From assembly GCA_964609855.1 (NCBI GenBank), contig CAZSTB010000002.1:15541-79540 (forward strand): a stretch of DNA of 64,000 nucleotides, written 5' to 3'. Of the stretch, positions 58,915-64,000 are shown one piece after another. A program made the translations under genes and the position numbers. The first letter of the stretch is position 1; each line of letters starts with the position of its first letter. Under the pieces are notes generated by a model. That model saw nothing but the letters and a program-made list of their open reading frames with translations, did not search any database and was not told the origin of the DNA. This stretch comes from an uncultured Bdellovibrionales bacterium. GTDB lineage: Bacteria > Patescibacteriota > Minisyncoccia > Moranbacterales > GWC2-37-73.

Positions 58915-58957
58915 AGCCCGCAAATCTCATGATTCAATGAGGTTTGCGGGCTTTTTT
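58915..58957 (+). terminator. Intrinsic terminator
   Basis: AGCCCGCAAATCTCAT..ATGAGGTTTGCGGGCTTTTTT. Confidence 0.88.
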
Positions 58958-58979
58958 GTTATCAAAATAATACTTGATG

Positions 58980-60107
58980 TCACTTCTCGCAATTAATTCT
59001 ATGTTCCTCCACTTCTTTTTCAATAAATTCTTTCATTCTTGCTTTGAAATTTTCGCGATTGAATTTAGCAACACGTGAGCTAATATATTCACGATTAAAA
59101 GTTAATTTTTCAAATTTAGATACAGCGCCAATAATATCTTCGGGTGTTTGCTTATCAAAGAAGACGCCCATTTTATTTTCTTCCATATGCTCAGGAACGT
59201 CTCCTCCGCGATAAGCAATTAGTGGCCTACCGGAAGCCAGCGCTTCAATCGCGACGATGCCGAAATCTTCTTCCTGTGGAAATATTACCGCGCTGCAAGT
59301 TTCGTAATATTTTTTAAGTTCTGAATCTTCGACGCGTCCCAAAAATTCAATCGTCGGTCCGGCAATCTTTTTAAGTCTGTCCATCTCAGGTCCGCGACCA
59401 ATAATCTTCAGTGGCAACCTCATCTTATTGAAAGCTTGTATAGCAATGGCATGTCTTTTGTACGCGATCAGCCGTCCGACCATCAAAAAATACCTCTCTG
59501 GCAGTGCAGTGTTATCGTGATCATTACGAACAAAAAAACTCTCCGTATCAACCGGCGGATGAATCACGATGGAATCTTTATGATAATATTTTTTTATTCG
59601 TTTGGCGACAAAATTAGAGTTTGCAATAAATTTATCTACGCGGTCGCTACTGACCTTGTCCCAAAGCCGAATATAATTCATTGCAAAGGGAATCATCATT
59701 TTAATGAAGCGCGGAAAATAAAAATCGCGCGTGTACTTTTGACAATCATCCCAAGCGTATCGCATCGGAGTATGCATGTAGCAGATATGCAGAGTGTCTG
59801 GCTTAGTAATTATGCCTTTAGCATAGCTTGAGGAATCACTCACGACGACATCATAGGACGAGAAATCGAATTGCTCAATTGCGGGCGGCATCAATAGTGG
59901 AAATATCCTGTGCCAAGTCTTCGCAAAAGGAATTTTCTGCAGGTAAGATGTATAGATCAGCTTATCATCAAAAACGCCGTGCATAGCGCTGCTATTATGC
60001 ACAATTGTGTAGATAGGCGCATATGGATATATTTCAGTCAAGCATTCAAGCACGCGCTCAGCTCCTCCATATTGCACCAGATAATCATGAACAAAAGCAA
60101 TTTTCAT
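58980..60107 (-). CDS. GT4 glycosyltransferase
   Basis: MKIAFVHDYLVQYGGAERV, HTPMRYAWD, EEDFGIVAIEA. Confidence 0.93.
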   Translation of the reverse strand: MKIAFVHDYLVQYGGAERVLECLTEIYPYAPIYTIVHNSSAMHGVFDDKLIYTSYLQKIPFAKTWHRIFPLLMPPAIEQFDFSSYDVVVSDSSSYAKGIITKPDTLHICYMHTPMRYAWDDCQKYTRDFYFPRFIKMMIPFAMNYIRLWDKVSSDRVDKFIANSNFVAKRIKKYYHKDSIVIHPPVDTESFFVRNDHDNTALPERYFLMVGRLIAYKRHAIAIQAFNKMRLPLKIIGRGPEMDRLKKIAGPTIEFLGRVEDSELKKYYETCSAVIFPQEEDFGIVAIEALASGRPLIAYRGGDVPEHMEENKMGVFFDKQTPEDIIGAVSKFEKLTFNREYISSRVAKFNRENFKARMKEFIEKEVEEHRINCEK

Positions 60108-60215
60108 AAAACCTAAATCCTAACTATTAAATCCCAATGAAATTTGAATGACAAAATCTTTTTTTGATTTTTTTCATTTATTAGTCATTGGAAATTTAGA
60201 TTTAGGATTTAATAA
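60108..60215. repeat. 7-nt periodic fold-back spacer
   Basis: aaaccta aatccta actatta aatccca ... tggaaat ttagatt taggatt. Confidence 0.55.
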
Positions 60216-60243
60216 ATTATTTATAATTGGATAAATCTGTGCA

Positions 60244-61962
60244 TTATAGACTTGCTGGACTTATTTTTGCATCAATCAACATCAACTGAATCCGCTTGTT
60301 TCCATTCCATTCATCTTTTTGAACATTGCAAAGGATATCCACATTGTCATTCAAATTGATATGTGCAAATTTTCCAAAACCGTTGAAACATACCGCTTCA
60401 AAAATTTTCGGGCTACCATCTGAAGGCGAAAGGAATAATTTAATATGTTTTTCGCCGCTGCCAAGGGTGCGCTTTTCTCTGACAATTAATTTGGACATTG
60501 CAAATACCGGCTCTTCATTACCCATCCCGAAAGGCTTAAGTTTTTCTAAGCCCTCTACCAATTCAAAATCGATATCATTGGCATCAATATTTCCATCCAC
60601 TGCAATCTCCTCCTCCAGTTCAATTCCCTCAAGTTGCGCACTAATCAATTGGTTCATTTTTTCATAAAATTTTTCAAGGTTTTCGTTGGAAACTGTTGCT
60701 CCTGCTGCTTGAGCATGCCCTCCAAATTTAACCAATAATTCTTTGCATTGTCCGATTGTTTCAATAATATTAATCTGCGGAATACTTCTAAAAGAACCTT
60801 TACTAACTTCCTGCCCTTTCTGAAAAACTGCGCTTGGCTTGTTGAATTTTTGCGAAATTTTCCCCGCTACCAAACCCACCACTCCAATTGGAAAATGCTC
60901 CCCAACAGCAAAAATAAATTTTTTATCCTTATACAAATTTTGTGCAATTATGCGCACTTCGTCCACGACTTTTTCAGTAATTTTTTGCCTCTCGGTATTA
61001 TTTGCTTCAAGCTCAAGTGCAAAATCTCGGGCACGCACAACATCCGTTTCCACCACTAAATTATAAGCTAGATTGGCATGATTAATACGACCTGCGGCAT
61101 TGATGCGTGGTGCAATATAAAAAGAAACTTTCTTGGTATCAGGGACAGCTGTTTCATCAACAACAATCGAACCTACCATGAACATCTCCCTTAATCCAAC
61201 TCGACGTGTTTTCGAAAGCACAATGAGCCCATATTTAACAAAAAGCCTATTTTCACCGACAAGCGGTACACAATCCGCAATTGTCCCAATCGCCACCAAA
61301 TCTAACATCCACTTGGTCTGCTCGATTTTATCCGGCATTAATTTTTGAAATATTGCTTGAACCACCTTATAAGCTACGCCAACTCCAGCAAGATCTTCAT
61401 AGGGATATTTACTTGCTTGATCGTGCGGATTGATTATAGCTAAAGCTGCAGGAACAACATCTGGAACATGGTGGTGATCCGTAATGATCACATCAATGCC
61501 GAGTTCATTCGCTTTAGCCACTTCAGCGATGTTCGTTATGCCGCAGTCCACGGTAATTATCAAAGAAGCATTTTTTTCTTTTATCTTATCCACTGCAGCT
61601 AAGTTCATACCGTAACCCTCTAGACGTTTATCAGGAATGTATACGAAAGATTCTATGTCTAATCTGTCGAGAGTTTCCTTTATGATTGCGGAAGATGTGA
61701 TACCATCAGCGTCATAATCTCCAAAAATCGCTACTATTTCTTTTTCATCTTGGGCCTGCTTGATGCGGCTGACGACTTTTTCCATGTCGGCAAAAAGAAA
61801 TGGATCATGCGAATCCATTTCATAGCTTGGTGTAATAAAACTTGAAATATCTTTCTCTAACGTTACGCCTCGACTATTGAGCAATTTCACCAGTAAAGGG
61901 TGAAGCTGCAGAGAGCATGTAGTTGATATATCATCAAACTGTTTAAACGACCATTTTGCCAT
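60244..61962 (-). CDS. recJ: ssDNA exonuclease RecJ
   Basis: GDYDADG, ITVDCG, TDHH, GTIAD, PRINAAGR, FGGHAQAAG, PFGMGN. Confidence 0.96.
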   Translation of the reverse strand: MAKWSFKQFDDISTTCSLQLHPLLVKLLNSRGVTLEKDISSFITPSYEMDSHDPFLFADMEKVVSRIKQAQDEKEIVAIFGDYDADGITSSAIIKETLDRLDIESFVYIPDKRLEGYGMNLAAVDKIKEKNASLIITVDCGITNIAEVAKANELGIDVIITDHHHVPDVVPAALAIINPHDQASKYPYEDLAGVGVAYKVVQAIFQKLMPDKIEQTKWMLDLVAIGTIADCVPLVGENRLFVKYGLIVLSKTRRVGLREMFMVGSIVVDETAVPDTKKVSFYIAPRINAAGRINHANLAYNLVVETDVVRARDFALELEANNTERQKITEKVVDEVRIIAQNLYKDKKFIFAVGEHFPIGVVGLVAGKISQKFNKPSAVFQKGQEVSKGSFRSIPQINIIETIGQCKELLVKFGGHAQAAGATVSNENLEKFYEKMNQLISAQLEGIELEEEIAVDGNIDANDIDFELVEGLEKLKPFGMGNEEPVFAMSKLIVREKRTLGSGEKHIKLFLSPSDGSPKIFEAVCFNGFGKFAHINLNDNVDILCNVQKDEWNGNKRIQLMLIDAKISPASL

Positions 61963-62047
61963 ACTAGTAATTCGGTAAGATTAGTTATGCTTAAATAACG
62001 CACAAAAAACTATCTCTTTCTTTCTACGGAAGAAAAGCGATCTTTTT

Positions 62048-62626
62048 CTACTTCCCACAGTTTGGACAAACAAATTTTGTTTCAAAAATACGCTCTTTGG
62101 CATTTTTTGTTTTCAAATTGAGCACCAACCTCTCATTACAGTCCAAGCAAAGAAAACCTGGCTGAAAATTAAGCTCCTTAGCTATTCTATTAGCATCTAA
62201 TTCAAAAGTATCAAATCTTAGACGATATTCAGCGCCAGCTTCATCAAACAAAGCTTTTATCCGCTTAACAACCTCAACGGGCCTCGTTGCATCCCGAATA
62301 ATAAAATCCTTGGCGCCAAGCTCCATCGCCCGCTCCATGTCTGTACCACGTCCCATGTGAGAGGAAATTACAACTGGAATATTTGCTGTCATCACGGTTT
62401 TTTTTAAAGCCTCCATCATATCAAAACCATCCATTCTTGGCATAATAATACCGGTAAAAATTACATCCGGAAGGTTGGTGCTTGCTTTATCCAGACCAGC
62501 CAAGCCGTCATTAGCTTCCAGAACCTCAAAGTTTGCGCTTTGAAAAATCTCAGCATACATCTCCCGCAAAACAGCGTCATCATCAACCAAAAGGATTTTC
62601 AATTTTTTTTCTTCCATAATATTCAT
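62048..62626 (-). CDS. Atypical receiver-domain protein with C-terminal Zn ribbon
   Basis: KILLVDDD...PDVIFTGIIMPRMDG (phospho-acceptor Asp replaced by Gly); CLDC...CPNC. Confidence 0.8.
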   Translation of the reverse strand: MNIMEEKKLKILLVDDDAVLREMYAEIFQSANFEVLEANDGLAGLDKASTNLPDVIFTGIIMPRMDGFDMMEALKKTVMTANIPVVISSHMGRGTDMERAMELGAKDFIIRDATRPVEVVKRIKALFDEAGAEYRLRFDTFELDANRIAKELNFQPGFLCLDCNERLVLNLKTKNAKERIFETKFVCPNCGK

Positions 62627-62706
62627 TACATCATTTGCACGCGAATAACTCCGCGAATACCCTGATGCTCAAATGTTTATACACTTAGATGTTAAGGGTT
62701 TAGCTG

Positions 62707-64000
62707 CTAAATGATTATCTTTATATCAACTGCACTGGCCAATCTACCATCATTATAAATAAAAAGCGGATTAATATCAAATTCTGAAATCTCTAAATTC
62801 TCGCTTGAAAATTCCATCAAGCCCTCAATGATATTTGAAAATTCTTCCAGATCATATGGAGCTTGGCCGCGAGCGCCGGAAAATAAGAATCCAATCTTAC
62901 TTGAAAGCACGTGGGATTTTATTTCTTCGCGAGTCATTGGAGCAATCAGAAAATTAACCATGCGAAAAACTTCAGCATAAATACCACCTAAACCGTAAAC
63001 GATTACCGGTCCGAAGATGTCATCTTTTTTAATTCCCAAAATTAATTCTATTTGTTTTTTCTGCATCGGCTGGATGAGAATTTTTTCTCCAGGAAAATTT
63101 TCTGAAAGTTTGTCGATCGCACTGTCTAATTCTTTCTGGTCAGTGATATTCAAAATAACTCCTTGTCTGTCAGATTTGTGAAGCACCTTATCACTATCGA
63201 TCTTAGCTACCAGCGGAAAAGTCTCAATGAGAGGTTTCTCTCCAACAGAAATTGTCCAATACTGTCCAGCTTCAATGCCATATTGCCGCATAACCTTTGC
63301 CGCCTCATCAAAAAACATAGCTCCGCGCTTTTCTTTTTTAATTTTCGCAATTACTGCACTGACATTTTTTTTGCGCACGGAATTAACTGCTGTTTTTGGT
63401 GAAGATCCAGCTTGTTTTTTAAAAACGCTCCATCTATAATATTTATCCAAACACGCGATCGCACTTTCGGGACTCGAAAAATTAGCAATGCCATCTGCCT
63501 TAAGTTCATCAACTGCCTTTTTCACTCTTTGACCTCCGATAAAAATTGCCAAATTTGTGCTGTTACTTTTAATCTTGTTGCCTATGATTGTTTTTGCGAT
63601 TTTTTCCACCGGCGTTTGCTGCTGAGGTGTTAGAACGGAAATAATACTGCCGAAAGATGAGCCAATGATTTTAAATGCGCTTTGATAGCGGTCATCTCCC
63701 GCATCTCCCAATAAATCGAAAGGGTTTTCCACTGATGCTTCTCCTGGTAGTTCAGTCTTCAAAGCTTCCTTGTCTTTTTTTGACAACTCGCCCAGAATTA
63801 TTTCCTTGCCTTTGAAAGCATCCGTAGTTAAAACTCCCGCACCGCCGGCATTGGTGATCACTGCCACTTTATTATTTTTTGGAGCTGGCGTAAAAGATAT
63901 CAGCGAAATTAAATCGAAAAATTCATCAAGATTATCCGCGCGAATTATTCCTGCTTTTTCAAATGCCACATCCACAATCTCGTCGCTTCCAGCAAGAGCG
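62707..64000 (-). CDS. Acetate/acyl-CoA ligase (ADP-forming), fused alpha/beta (5' end outside window)
   Basis: ALAGSD, ITNAGGAGVLTTD, NPFDLLGDA, HKSD, FGPVIVYGLGG, DINPL. Confidence 0.9.
   Translation of the reverse strand, partial: ALAGSDEIVDVAFEKAGIIRADNLDEFFDLISLISFTPAPKNNKVAVITNAGGAGVLTTDAFKGKEIILGELSKKDKEALKTELPGEASVENPFDLLGDAGDDRYQSAFKIIGSSFGSIISVLTPQQQTPVEKIAKTIIGNKIKSNSTNLAIFIGGQRVKKAVDELKADGIANFSSPESAIACLDKYYRWSVFKKQAGSSPKTAVNSVRKKNVSAVIAKIKKEKRGAMFFDEAAKVMRQYGIEAGQYWTISVGEKPLIETFPLVAKIDSDKVLHKSDRQGVILNITDQKELDSAIDKLSENFPGEKILIQPMQKKQIELILGIKKDDIFGPVIVYGLGGIYAEVFRMVNFLIAPMTREEIKSHVLSSKIGFLFSGARGQAPYDLEEFSNIIEGLMEFSSENLEISEFDINPLFIYNDGRLASAVDIKIII

Noticed and set aside
1-64000. Diversity-generating retroelement (frequent in CPR)
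   Set aside because: No reverse transcriptase ORF and no TR/VR pair differing at adenines noticed; an exhaustive self-alignment was not possible by eye.

Overview
AT-rich 64 kb chromosomal segment that looks like a Patescibacteria/CPR genome, possibly Parcubacteria/Moranbacteria-like. This is inferred from the archaeal-type UMP kinase, two DUF4012-like proteins, ADP-forming acetate-CoA ligase and SD-less AT-rich leaders. Nearly all housekeeping genes lie on the minus strand: rrf2-iscS-iscU, pyrH, pyrG, rplI, galU, rmlABCD, glyA, a surface-polysaccharide region (five GT4s, Wzy/O-antigen-ligase-like, two Wzz/CapA-like, murJ), clpB, two HtrA-like genes, ferredoxin, a PrsA/SurA-like gene, an ftsB-like gene, lepA and recJ. 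The most notable structure is a second gene class: about 11 self-contained orphan units slotted between core genes. They share most or all of a sigma70-type promoter, a boxA-like motif (TGYTCTTTAACAA-like), a strong Shine-Dalgarno, unrecognised ORF(s) and an intrinsic terminator, whereas the core genes lack SD sequences. Several units are visibly GC-richer and encode lipoproteins, a beta-barrel-like protein, a BamE-like lipoprotein and a CxxCH protein, which are traits of a diderm envelope. Also present: palindromic GTCAT...ATGAC repeats, 7/8-nt periodic fold-back spacers, an L27 with a long basic tail, an RmlD with a Cys-rich insert, a catalytically dead HtrA and a pseudo-receiver/Zn-ribbon protein. 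I saw no rRNA, tRNA, CRISPR array, transposase or integrase.
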